Made by a program: the position numbers and the translations under genes. The notes beneath the pieces were generated by a model. That model worked only from the letters and a program-made list of their open reading frames with translations, was not told the DNA's origin and did not search any database. A stretch of 63,874 nucleotides of DNA, the filler included, from Octopus bimaculoides (Eukaryota), in the NCBI RefSeq assembly GCF_001194135.2. It is 7 parts of 7 records of this genome, joined end to end, with 100 filler letters (N's around TTAATTAATTAA, not from the genome) between each part and the next. Parts side by side here need not be neighbours in the genome. Positions count along the whole stretch, not along the records: positions 48,584 to 57,966 come from NC_068981.1; positions 58,067 to 60,692 come from NC_068998.1; positions 60,793 to 62,451 come from NW_026395654.1; positions 62,552 to 63,874 come from NC_068993.1; 3 more parts are not named here. One strand, 5' to 3'. This document shows positions 52,764 to 63,874 of the stretch, in pieces (position 1 is the stretch's first letter; every line of letters starts with the position of its first letter).

Positions 52764-52875
52764 CAATAATCCTTTGAGATCTCAGATATTTTTTTCTGAA
52801 TCTCCTTGATTCTTTTAATGTGCTTGTTCCCTGGTATTAAATTGATATTAATTAATATCCAATTTTTTACCCTAC

Positions 52876-52957
<82 letters not shown>

Positions 52958-54277
52958 CTTTTATCTTTTGCTTGTTACATTCATTTATCTTTTCCTTGTT
53001 CCATTCATTAGACAAGGGCCCAGCCTTGAAGAATTTTAGTTGAACAAATTGATCCTAATACTTATTACTTTTTAGCCTGGCACTTATTCTATCGGTCTCT
53101 TTTGCAGTGGTGGAGGACAAGCACAGACACAAAGACACACATACATATATGATGGCCTTCTTTCAGTTTCTGTCTACCAAATCCACTCACAAAGCTTTGG
53201 TTAGTCCAGGGCTATAGTAGAAGCTGCTTACCCAAGGTGTCACACAGAATTATGTGAACCCAGAACCATATAGTTTGGAAGCAAACTCCATACAACCATG
53301 CCGGCACCTCCATATAACCATTATGTTTGTTCTTCCCTAATTTAAGATGGTAGGATTTGAGGGAAATTTTGTTGCTACATCTGAGCAAAGATGTATGATA
53401 TTGGGCCCCAGGAACTGAATACAGAATATCTGAAGAGCATGAGACAAATAAATTGACTTTTATCAGGTGGATATGTCATAAAATTGGCAAAAGATAGAGT
53501 GAAGAAAGCAATCAGGTATTAAAAGGTCTCAAACAATATGTGCAGGAAAGGCACCTGATATGAACATGCAATCCAAATGGACAATGAATGTAGGGGGGAA
53601 AATCTAACGTGCTGTCAGTAGAGTTTATTCATGGTGGAAGAAAACAAGGAAGGAGTGAGGTTAGATTTTACAATATTGGGCTTCACAGATGAGGTGATGT
53701 GTAATTGAGTTGAGTAGGATTTTACCATACTGATAATGCGTCAGCATGGGAAAACAAATGTTAAAATTAGTACTGCATTACTGCTACTGTTGAATATCTG
53801 TTCCTAGGAAATCACTACATAGACATAAAGTCTTCAGTCGTTCTCCAATGGCCCTGTAGGTGATGGAAAATTACTAACAGTCTCCTAAACACCTGCCACT
53901 TCGAATTAATGAAAGAACTTCTATGTAGTTGTTTAACCTGCTACAAATAGCAGCCAAAATCTCGTCTTTGTCATAGCTTACTGTCTTAAAAAAGAAATAA
54001 CACATTGGGTAGTGGCCCCACCACTGCTTGACAACTGGTGTTGGTGTGTTTATGTACCCATAACTTAGCAATTCAGTAAAGGAGACTGACAGAATAAGTA
54101 CCAGGCTTAAAAAGAAAGTTCTGGGGTCGATTAGCTCAAGTAAATTTCCTCAGGGCAGTGCCTCTAATGACTGCAACAAGTAAAAGATAAAAGATATACA
54201 CATACACACACACATACACACACACACACACATGCACACACAAAAGCACACGCATGCACACACACACACACATACGT

Positions 54278-54354
<77 letters not shown>

Positions 54355-54877
54355 CATGTATGTGTGTGTATATAAATTTGGTTCTAAAGACAAAAATTAG
54401 ATAATGTATTTAGAGTGGTGTCTAGGTATCTAAGATGTGAAGTGGAGGTGGAGGTGATAAGTGTCAGAGAGAAGTCCTTATAACTGGCAAAGGAAAAAGT
54501 AAGAGGCCATAGCGTTTCATTCACCCAATTACTTAAATTTTATAGCAAGTTTTGGCTTGTTTACCAGACTGCTTTTATTCAGAAGTAGCCTATAGGAGTG
54601 CAAAATCCTGTTTATACAAAAGAATATTCCAGATTCGTAACTATTATTTTTAGGACAGTACTAATATTTGGTTCAGAAGAAGAAACTACTGATGTAGTAC
54701 AATTTCAACTATGTAGAGAATGTAAAGGTCTTGTTGAGAAATTGCTGGCTATTGTTAGCTCTAGCATGAATTGAGGGCTAAACATGATTTTTAAGATTAT
54801 AGAAAAGGCTGTGTTTGTATTTTGTTTTCTTGAAATATGTTGAGTTTTCTTGAGTGATTTAAGCATGTCTAACTTAC

Positions 54878-54932
54878 CAAAAAGTCCTCAAGCCAAATAA
54901 CCAAATTGCTTATGTAAAATGGGTTCATACAT
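54878..54932 (-). other. Candidate exon
   Basis: CTCACATGCAG acceptor, GTAAGT donor, frame CMNPFYISNLVIWLEDFL. Confidence 0.35.
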
Positions 54933-54951
54933 CTGCATGTGAGCATATATA

Positions 54952-55500
54952 TGAGGTGGTATCAAAAAGTTCCAGAGTTATATTTAATAAAAAAAAACTT
55001 ATTTGCCTAAGTTTTAATATCATCTCCTTTGAAATAGTCACCTTGCACAGCAATACAGCAATACCAGCATTCCTTGCCACTTTTGAAATCTGGCCTGGAT
55101 ATTGTTTTTTGTAAGTGAGTCAAGGACCGCCTGTGATTAACTTTGGATCTCAACAATGGTGTTAAAATGATGACCTTTAAGCTGCATTTTCATCTTGGGA
55201 AAAGTTGAAAGTCTGCAAGTGCTAAATCTGGTGAACAGAGTGGGTGCAGAAGCAATACCATGTTGTTTTTGGTGAGAAACTCGCAAGTGAGGAGAGCTTG
55301 GTGACAGAATGCGTTGTCGTCATGAGGAATCCAACTCTTCACACTCCACAGATCTGGTTGCTTTCACTAGATGTCCTCCTTCAAACAGTTCAAAACATTG
55401 CAGTTGAACTCTCAATTGACAGTCTAACCCTGGGGGACGAATTCTCAATGCACAATGCCACATTTCTGGGGATGACACTTGTAGAAGGTCCTCCAGATGC
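54952..55500 (-). pseudogene. Mariner transposase C-terminal fossil with one TIR
   Basis: HDDNA, HPLCSPDLALADF.LFPKMK (cf. HPPYSPDLAP); TIR TGAGGTGGTATCAAAAAGTTCC next to TA. Confidence 0.85.
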
Positions 55501-57689
55501 TTATCATCTTCCAGGGACATTTTTCTGCATCATTTAACATTCGTTTTCCAGTCTGGTATGGGTTAGACAGTTTGATCAGAATTAATGAGCTAGAGAGCTA
55601 CACTAGGCTCCAGTTGTCTCTTTTTGGCTTGGTTTCTACAGCTAGATGCCTTTCCTAACATCAACCACTTTACAGAGTGTATTGGGTGTCCTTTACATGC
55701 CACCAGCATAGGTGCCCTTTTATGTATCATCAGCAGTGATGGATTTTACATGTCACCAGCACAGATGCATTTTTACATACCACTAGCATAGGTTCCTTTT
55801 ATGTGTCACCAGCAAACAAAGATAGCTAAAATTCACAGGCTATTGTTTTCATTGAGCAGATCAACTTGTCACTGCACTTTTTTCTATAACCCCGTGGGGT
55901 CATTCAAGCCTGGTGGTCAGACTTACATGATGTATGTCTGTGAAGTTATTCAGGATACAGGATTGTGTACTGTCACAGAATTGGTATGTACAATATCATC
56001 TCACACAGCCTGGAGGGAAATTTGCTGTTGTGCTAGAATCAATATCCACAAATGAAGAAGCATAGACTAAAGAAGAAAATATATTTACTGAGTTCATTTT
56101 ACATGGCACTAACACAAATGAATTTTCTTTGTAGTTTGCAAGACTAAAGGGCCTAAAGGGACCCCAGTAACTGAAAAAGAAGAGGAGAGAGAGTATGATG
56201 GTTCTGGAGAAGGTAATGATAGTACATAATGTATGAGAAGAGAAACAGATTAATAGTTATAAGTGGACAGTATGGGGAGAGGTTAATAGAGTAGGCATTA
56301 TTAGGGGATGCAGAATGGAAGGAGAAGAGAAGTGATTAATGTCAGATGAGAAAGAGAAGGGCAGTAGTAAGATTGATAAGGTAAGGTGTGTAGGGGTTTC
56401 AGAACTATTCCACATTATAAAGACAAGTAAGGGCAGGAGGTATGAAGGGGAGGCAACATGAAATAGAGAAATAGATGAGGAAGGCAAGGATCTAGAGAGT
56501 GATTAAAGGAAAGAAAGGTGTGAAGGTTGGTCAGAGAGGGAGAGATGAGCTGTGGGAAGAGGAGAGTGAGAGAAAAAGGAACAGAAAAGAAATAGTGATG
56601 GGTAGCACTAAGTGAGAGCTACTGATGATGAGAAGAGAGAAATTAACAGAGTGAGTGTGGAGATGGATGGAGGAAGGAAAGTAAGCACAGATAGAGTGAT
56701 GAGGACAAGCCGGTAGAGTCTCTTATATATACATTAAATGAAAGAGGGGGTGGTAGGGATAGTGACCATTCATAATTTGCAAGATGGTGGGGCGATAAGA
56801 GATGGTAGTGTATGAGTGATAGAGAGATGAAATAATTGAAGTGAAAGAGAGAAGGCAATCAACAGTAGATAAAAGAGGGGAATCAGTAATATGGTCATGC
56901 ATGAGCTCATTATTCCTTTCAAAAAATATATTTTGTTCAGATCAACGACAGTTTCAATGAAAATTACTAAGCTTGTAGATTTATGGCCTAAACTAAAGCT
57001 ATTAAAATTAATTTTAGTACAAGCAAGACAAGGACTCTGCAAACCATATCGCAAGTCTCACTGTAAGCTACTTACCCAAAGAAGAAATAATTTCAATGTA
57101 GAGAGGAATCTTTAGTTCTACCAGATGGACAATTTATTTTGTGCTAACGGTGCAATAAAATATACCCAGTCGATATTTCTACTCTTTTGTTACAATATTT
57201 CTGTTGATATATACTGCGTCTGTTTCAATTAATTTTTAAAATCATGAAAAATTTAGAAAAATAACTTTGCCTTATTAATCTATTTTTGGAATATAAATTA
57301 AAATTTTCGTAGAATATTTTAAAGTAGAACCAGGGGTGGTCTTGTGCAGATTAATATCAAAAGGATTAAGACATATATAGCATTAAAGTAGAGTGGATTT
57401 TTTATGTTGTTATGTGGTGTACAAGTTGATGTAGACTGTGATGAATAACAAGTCTCAGTTAAACCAAGTTAACATGGAAATATAGATATAAAATGATAAT
57501 AACAATAATGATGGTGCAGAGATCATCTATATGCACACACACACACACACACATACACAAACATGTAAAACATTTTAAAATATTAAAACAGAACGTTTAA
57601 AGCACAATGATGGTTTAGTAGAAAGTGGGTTATACATCTTTAGATTGTATACCTGACTTTCCTACTATAATATTAAGAATATAACGGAA

Positions 57690-57966
57690 CGCTGAACTCC
57701 AGACTATCAACTTAAACAACACTTTATTTAGGTGGTAAATATATACATCTTTAGTTCTTGTTGTTACAGCTTCTGTTGTGTATGAGCATAGTTGTTGGGA
57801 CGTTGTTCTGTAGTTGTAAGCGAGCTGTCGAGTGTAAGTCCGAAAGATGTAGAGAGACAGCTTAAATACGTCCATGCTCAATCGCTGGCCAGCGAGAAAG
57901 AGAATGAATTGAGCGGGAACGCTTGGTTGTTTAATTCTACGCATGCGTAAGACTACGCATGCGCAT
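57690..57966 (-). promoter_or_regulatory. CpG-rich candidate promoter with two NRF1/EWG-like palindromes
   Basis: TACGCATGCGTA at 57938-57949 and TACGCATGCGCA at 57954-57965; sharp rise in CpG; possible first-exon donor CAG|GTATAC at 57653/57652. Confidence 0.5.
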
Positions 57967-58066
57967 NNNNNNNNNNNNNNNNNNNNNNNNNNNNNNNNNN
58001 NNNNNNNNNNTTAATTAATTAANNNNNNNNNNNNNNNNNNNNNNNNNNNNNNNNNNNNNNNNNNNN

Positions 58067-58212
58067 AGTGAGAAAGTTGGGGGCGAAAGAGCACAACAGG
58101 GGTCACCACCACCCCCTGCCCGAGCCTCGTGGAGCTTAGGTGTTTTCGCTCAATAAACACTCACAACGCCCGGTCTGGGAATCGAAACCGCGATCCACCG
58201 ACCGCGAGTCCG
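58067..58212 (-). mobile_element. SINE family C, partial
   Basis: Matches the 5' half of the other family C copies; truncated by a gap. Confidence 0.8.
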
Positions 58213-59407
58213 TAAAGAAACGTAACTAAATATTATGAAGATATTTTCCAGTCTCCACCGTTTTAATCATTTCACTGCTCCTTCTTTCTTTAGAAATAAT
58301 GGTTTCAAATTTTGGCACATGGCCATCAATTTTAGGGGAGGGTGTAAGTCGCTTAAATCGACCGCAGTGCTAAATTGGTACTTATTTTATTGACCCCCGA
58401 AAGGATAAAAGGGCAGACCCATCCTCGTCGGAATTTGAACTCAGAACGTAAAGAGCCAGAAGAGATGCCGCTAGGTACCTTGTCCAACGCTCTAACAATT
58501 CCGCCAGCTTGCCGTCTGCAAGATTAATGTTTCGTATTCTGACATAAGATTAACAATTTTTTAATCGATTCCTTGGACCCCAGTACTTGACTGATATTTT
58601 ATCAACCCCGAAAGGGTGAAAACCGAGATTGACCTCGGTGGAAGACAGAAGAAATGACCTTATTCAATTTTTATTCGACGCGCTAACGATTCTGCCAGAT
58701 CGTGTGGAGTAAGACCACAAGCCTATAGGGGAGGAGTACAGACAAATAGATGGAACCTGAGACATAACTGAAAATTATTTATTGACTCCTACAGGGAATG
58801 ATGAACTAGAAAGAAAGTTCACTCCTTAGAAGAATTTGAACTTACAACTGTGAAGAAATGAAAGAGATAACATAAAGTAAACTTTTATTGACGCTTTGCT
58901 TTCTTCTCTTTTGTGAATTCTGCTGTAGCTTTCACCTATAGCTAAAAAAAACTTCAGGTAATCCACTCATCAGGGATATATGTCTTTATATAAATGATTC
59001 AAATATTATCTTGAATCAACAGGCAGATATCTTCAACTGTCAATCAGAACTTCCATTCAATGAGAGCAAATTTATCTGGTCGAACTTCATTCGGAAGCAT
59101 CAGAGTCCGCTCAAAGCAAGATTTCTAACTAAATTCCATGTTGTCTCTACGAACCACTCCCGTAACTGCAGGTTTCTGCATATTTCTCGTGTCTCACCTA
59201 GATATTTATAAATTGATCAGATGTTTCTAGACTAGATAAGAACAGGAACTTAGTTCTGCCTGATCGACTGTCATGTGAGGATTAGTGTCACGAGATAAAA
59301 TATGATTTAATAATCACTTGCAGCGCACGGCGATATCACAGGCAGTTGAACTTTATGCCAATTAAGCAAGCAGGAAGAATAGTTCCCAAAATATATCACA
59401 TAAAAGA

Positions 59408-59464
<57 letters not shown>

Positions 59465-60090
59465 GTCACGCATATATGCATACATACACGTATATGCGTG
59501 CATATATGTGTTGTGTATGTGTGTGTGTTGTTTTACAGGCCAGTTAAACTGCAGGTGGCTTTGTTGGCCAAAACTTCGAAGTCACTTTCAACAACATTCT
59601 TGTTTAAGAATGATAAATATATACGAATATATATACATATGCATATTCAACCATCTATACATATATACGAATATATATATACATATGCATATACAACCAT
59701 CTATACATATATACGAATATATATACATACGATGGGGTGCTGAAAATTTCCTGGCTTTAAAGGGGTTGCGAAAGGCTTAGTTGGAGGCCAGACCTTCCGA
59801 GTTCCTTTACAGGAACCTTGAGCAAGTGTCTTCTACTATAGCCTCGAGTCGATCAAAGCTTTGTGTGTGGATTTGGTAGGTGGAAACTGAAAGGAACCCG
59901 TCGTATCTATATCTCTCTCTCTCTCTCCCCTCTGTCCCCCCTCCCCCTCTTTCTCTCTCTCTCTATATATATATACGTATGTATGTATATATGTATATAT
60001 CTATGTGTGTTTGTCTTTGTGTCTGTGTTAGTTCCAAGAAGAAGAAGAAGAAGAAGAAAAAGAAGAGAAACACAATGAGAGAGAGAGAGA

Positions 60091-60128
<38 letters not shown>

Positions 60129-60619
60129 TAGTAAGTGGGCGAGAAAGAAAGGGAGCGAGGAAGATATTTTAATATTAAATTATTCCTTTTCTGCATATCT
60201 TCTCGGTGATAAATAATATGTCGTTAAATTCGCATAGCAGACTGCAGCTGTTCAAATTTTATTACATGAATTGTGAAATTAGCGCAGCATCGCTAACAGC
60301 CTCCACCAATATTATTAATAAGCTTCACACAGATCCATTTAGTACACATCAAATGGCATGTATGGTGCAGAAACCTGGTTATATCGATAATTTGAGGTAA
60401 AAAATAACACACCAATTTGAAGAAATTAGTTTGGTAGAAAAATGCTATCTTGATTTGTAGAAAAATGGGCGACATTTTGGATATTTGCTGTAATTACTCA
60501 ATACTTCAATGTCTGTATGTCGCCTGTTAGAGATTCTCTATTTTTGGTGTTTGAAATAATAGTTTTCTTCAGCATACAATTAGAGCTAACACTATATGTA
60601 CTTGTACATATATGTGTGC

Positions 60620-60692
<73 letters not shown>

Positions 60693-60792
60693 NNNNNNNN
60701 NNNNNNNNNNNNNNNNNNNNNNNNNNNNNNNNNNNNTTAATTAATTAANNNNNNNNNNNNNNNNNNNNNNNNNNNNNNNNNNNNNNNNNNNN

Positions 60793-61722
60793 CACCACTA
60801 AAACCAACCCTATGGCTGTGATATGTTGATGACACCTTTATATTCTGGGGGCATCAGGAAGATGTCCAAGTGCTGTTAGATCATGTGAACTCAATAAAGC
60901 CATCCATACAGTTCACAATGGAAAAAAAAAGACAATCAGCTAGCATTCCTGGACGTATTAATAACACGCACCAAGTATGGATTCAGGACATCCGTACACC
61001 GCAAGCCGGCCTTCACTGGACGATACCTCAACTTCAATTCCCACCATCCATACAGTGTAAAGAGAGAGATTGCTCACTGCCTAAAACATCGAGCAATGGA
61101 TATAAGTAGCGATCGTGACACCTACCACGAAGAAATGCTCAAACTCAGTAATAATCTATTAAGCAACAACTGCCCCAAAAGCATACTCCCCACTTCAATT
61201 ATGAAGAAAAGAGAGGATAAAACCAATAAACTATCCACAGTCTGTCTACCTTATGTAAAAGGCCTCTCCGAAAAGATACAAAAGATATGCGGCACATATG
61301 ACATCAGGACAGTATTCAAAATTAATACAACACTTCGCAAATATCTCGTTCTAGTAAAACCACCACTAGAAGAGAATATGACCAAGAACTGCGTGTACTC
61401 CATCCCATGCAGCTGTGGTATGTTATACAAAGGCGAAACATGTCGCCCCTTCAAAATAAGGGTAGAGGAACATCGCAAAGCTGTGACACGGGGAGATATT
61501 GATTAATCGGGTATAGCTGATCATGTATGGGAAAATGTAGACCACCTCCCTCTGTGGGATGAAGTTAAAATAATAGACAGAGAACACCACTGGAAAATAC
61601 GAAAACTAAAAGAAGCAGTACATATACTAGGTCACAACAACCTCCTAAGCAGACCGAATGCTGATATGAACAGTACATGGGAACCGGTATTAAGGAAGGA
61701 TAGGAGAATATTAAATTTATAA
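60793..61722 (+). mobile_element. Penelope/Poseidon-like RT plus GIY-YIG remnant
   Basis: YVDDTF (60822-60833), FLDVLI, YLNFNSHHP, VCLPYVKGLSEKI, CVYSIPCSCGMLYKGET, RVEEH, KEAVHI; stops and a frameshift. Confidence 0.92.
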
Positions 61723-61745
61723 GCCCTAAAATTCACTCTGTAATT

Positions 61746-61900
61746 GCTCACGGGCATATGGTGTAGTGGTTAAGAGCGCGAGCTACTAACCTCAAGATTC
61801 CGAGTTCAATTCCAGGCAGTGACCTGAATAATAATAATAATAATAAAAGGGTATAGCAACCAACAAGGTGAGGGCAAATATCCGTCAAATGTAAATAATG
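61746..61900 (+). mobile_element. tRNA-headed short element, same family, hammerhead core deleted
   Basis: A-box TGGTGTAGTGG (61759-61769), B-box GAGTTCAATTCC (61802-61813), (AAT)n, tail GTGAGGGCAAATATCCGTCAAATGTAAATAA. Confidence 0.7.
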
Positions 61901-62258
61901 ATTTTTGTTTAGATCTCTATAAATTTCTCGGTAACACGCAGAAACATTTGTTATGGTGTTAGAAACTTTTGCACTTCGTTCATTATTTAGTTCTTGTGCT
62001 TGAAAAGTAAAACTCGTAAAGTGAGGTATTACTAGTGTGTATATATATATATATATGCGACGGGTTTTTGCTCACAATTTCCGTCTACCCAATTCACTCA
62101 CAACACATTGGACCTCCTACGGGGTTATAGAAAGCACTTGTCCAAGAGGCAGCGCAGTATAGTTGATCTGGAAACCTCGTTGTTGCCAAAATTTTCTATA
62201 CTCTCTTTCAATAATTTGTATACACATACATACGCACATACATACATGCATGCATGCA

Positions 62259-62290
<32 letters not shown>

Positions 62291-62553
62291 AATACATACA
62301 TATACATACATACATACATTAAGCTGTCATATCTATCTTGCCCAGTGAATGCACGAAGTTTTGCATCAATCTTGCATAAATTTTTCTGTATGATTTCAAA
62401 AATTACCTTGAAATTTTGAAATTTTGAAAAAAAAAAAAAGAGAGAGAGAGANNNNNNNNNNNNNNNNNNNNNNNNNNNNNNNNNNNNNNNNNNNNTTAAT
62501 TAATTAANNNNNNNNNNNNNNNNNNNNNNNNNNNNNNNNNNNNNNNNNNNNAT

Positions 62554-62584
<31 letters not shown>

Positions 62585-62604
62585 CATACACACACACATG
62601 TATA

Positions 62605-63480
62605 CGAGGGATGATCAATAAGTATCCGGACTGTTGCCATAGTAACAAAGCTAAAGCACGCAGAGTAAAGCCGCTTGGCACACATTGACCTTGAACTCTG
62701 CTGTGCATGCGCACGAAGTTTTAACGTTTTAGTTCACTTCCGCTGTTTACAGTAGTGCTTGGAAGGAAGGTGTGTAGCGTGTGATTGTTGCATTGACCAT
62801 GGCAGAGAAAGTTGTCATGGTAGTGCGTGTTCAGAGGCCTACGCAACGTTGCAGAAAGTGTTTGGAGAGGGATGTATGAGTCGCACACAAGTGTACGAGT
62901 GGCTCAGACGTTTCCTAGATAGCCGAAAAAAAAATGTCGATATTGACGAACGTTCTGGGAGACCCGCAACCAGCAGAACTGAGAAAAACATCGCAGATTC
63001 GCGTGCAGCTGTGAGGGGAAATAGTCGAATCACCATCCGTGAGTTATCAGAGGATGTGCAGATTAGTTACGGTTCAATTCCCTCCATTATCACTGAAAAT
63101 TTGGGTATGAGACTCGTGTCTGCCAAGTCTGTGCCGAAACTGCTTACAGTTGACAAAAAAAACTCTCGAGTTTCAGCTGCACAAGATCTTCTTCATTGTA
63201 TTGAGAATGATTCAAACTTTTGTAAAAACCTTGCGTAGGCCTCTGAGTAGGTATCGCCCAGCTTTTGGCAAAATTCGATGCAGCTTCTCTGCTCAATTTT
63301 CTCTGTAATGGTCAATGCGACGATCACATGCTACATACCTTCCTTCCAAGCACTGCTTTAAACATTGAAAGTGAGCTAGAACTTTAAAGCTTAGTGCGCA
63401 CGTACAGCAGAGTTGAAGGTCAATGTGTACCAAGCAGCTTCACTCTGCCAACAGTCCGGATACTTACTGATCAGACCATG
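62605..63480 (+). mobile_element. Non-autonomous mariner built from two 5' ends
   Basis: TA-flanked TIRs; N-terminal transposase (VYEW..RF, ERSGRP, SVPKLLT) on +; 63230-63480 is an inverted second 5' end. Confidence 0.85.
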
Positions 63481-63501
63481 TACACACACACACACACATA
63501 T

Positions 63502-63581
63502 ATCGCGAAGTATGTTTGCCACCTAAATGTGGCTAACCCTTAAAGGTTAGCCACATTTAGGTGGCAAATATACTTCACGAT
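63502..63581. other. 80-bp near-perfect hairpin
   Basis: 37-bp arms with 2 mismatches and a 6-nt loop. Confidence 0.9.
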
Positions 63582-63617
63582 GTCGTACAGCTACTGTTTA
63601 TACTTCACTTAGAGATA

Positions 63618-63647
63618 TCTATATATATAAAATTGAGAATGTGTGTG

Positions 63648-63694
<47 letters not shown>

Positions 63695-63874
63695 GTGAAT
63701 CCCTAAAACTCGAGAACTACACAACCAATTCCATTCAAATTTTACACATGCCTTACTTAGGGTTCCAGTTGTGTTTTAGTCAAAAACAATTATTAACTTC
63801 TTGCAGAGTTCGAGCACACGGCAACATAATATCTCCTCCACTATTTAAGTATTACGTGTCAAAAGTGAAACAAA
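63618..63874 (+). mobile_element. Helitron-like element, 5' part (runs off the window)
   Basis: Same family as 23818-24045. Confidence 0.7.

Noticed and set aside
56150-56880. Long purine-rich tract (a similar one at 33500-34090)
   Set aside because: Low-complexity GA-rich decay with no discernible period, ORF or ribozyme.
58950-58980. Minus-strand CTGATGA-GTGGATTAC as a hammerhead
   Set aside because: Followed by CTGAAG rather than GAAA; no stems I or III.
61746-61830. tRNA gene
   Set aside because: A and B boxes are present but there is no acceptor stem, and it continues into a repeat tail: a SINE head.
21789-62507. TTAATTAATTAA inside gaps at 21789, 45077, 48528, 58011, 60737, 62496
   Set aside because: Always centred in 44 N + 12 + 44 N blocks and has stops in all frames: a scaffolding spacer. 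Order and distance across these joins are uncertain.
7034-62714. Most long ORFs in the six-frame track (poly-I/Y, poly-X, HT/CV repeats)
   Set aside because: They are translations of microsatellites and N gaps, not genes.

Overview
AT-rich, microsatellite-dense animal genomic DNA with many N gaps. The SINE repertoire and repeat texture suggest an octopus (inference). Two convergent spliced genes can be built from the sequence: a 144-aa divergent calmodulin-like EF-hand gene (+, 24940-28294, 3 exons) and a complete 343-aa cathepsin B (-, 39040-30312, 8 coding exons, all GT-AG and phase-consistent). The rest is mostly mobile DNA: at least four Penelope-like (PLE) remnants, some with inverted or tandem terminal repeats; Tc1/mariner fossils and MITEs; mini-Helitrons; RTE and CR1 fragments; several tRNA-SINE families. 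Most notable: (1) four unrelated minimal type I hammerhead ribozyme motifs with palindromic stem III, carried by small non-coding elements, including a 152-bp tandem retrozyme-like unit with a variant core and a tRNA-headed element with a hammerhead tail; (2) a CpG-decayed domain from about 29 to 57.6 kb that ends at an NRF1-like CpG-rich promoter and appears to mark the true cathepsin B transcription unit; (3) a chain of phase-compatible minus-strand exon candidates upstream of cathepsin B, possibly a decayed gene now used as 5' exons or an N-terminal extension. All calls were made by eye; no database search or folding program was run.
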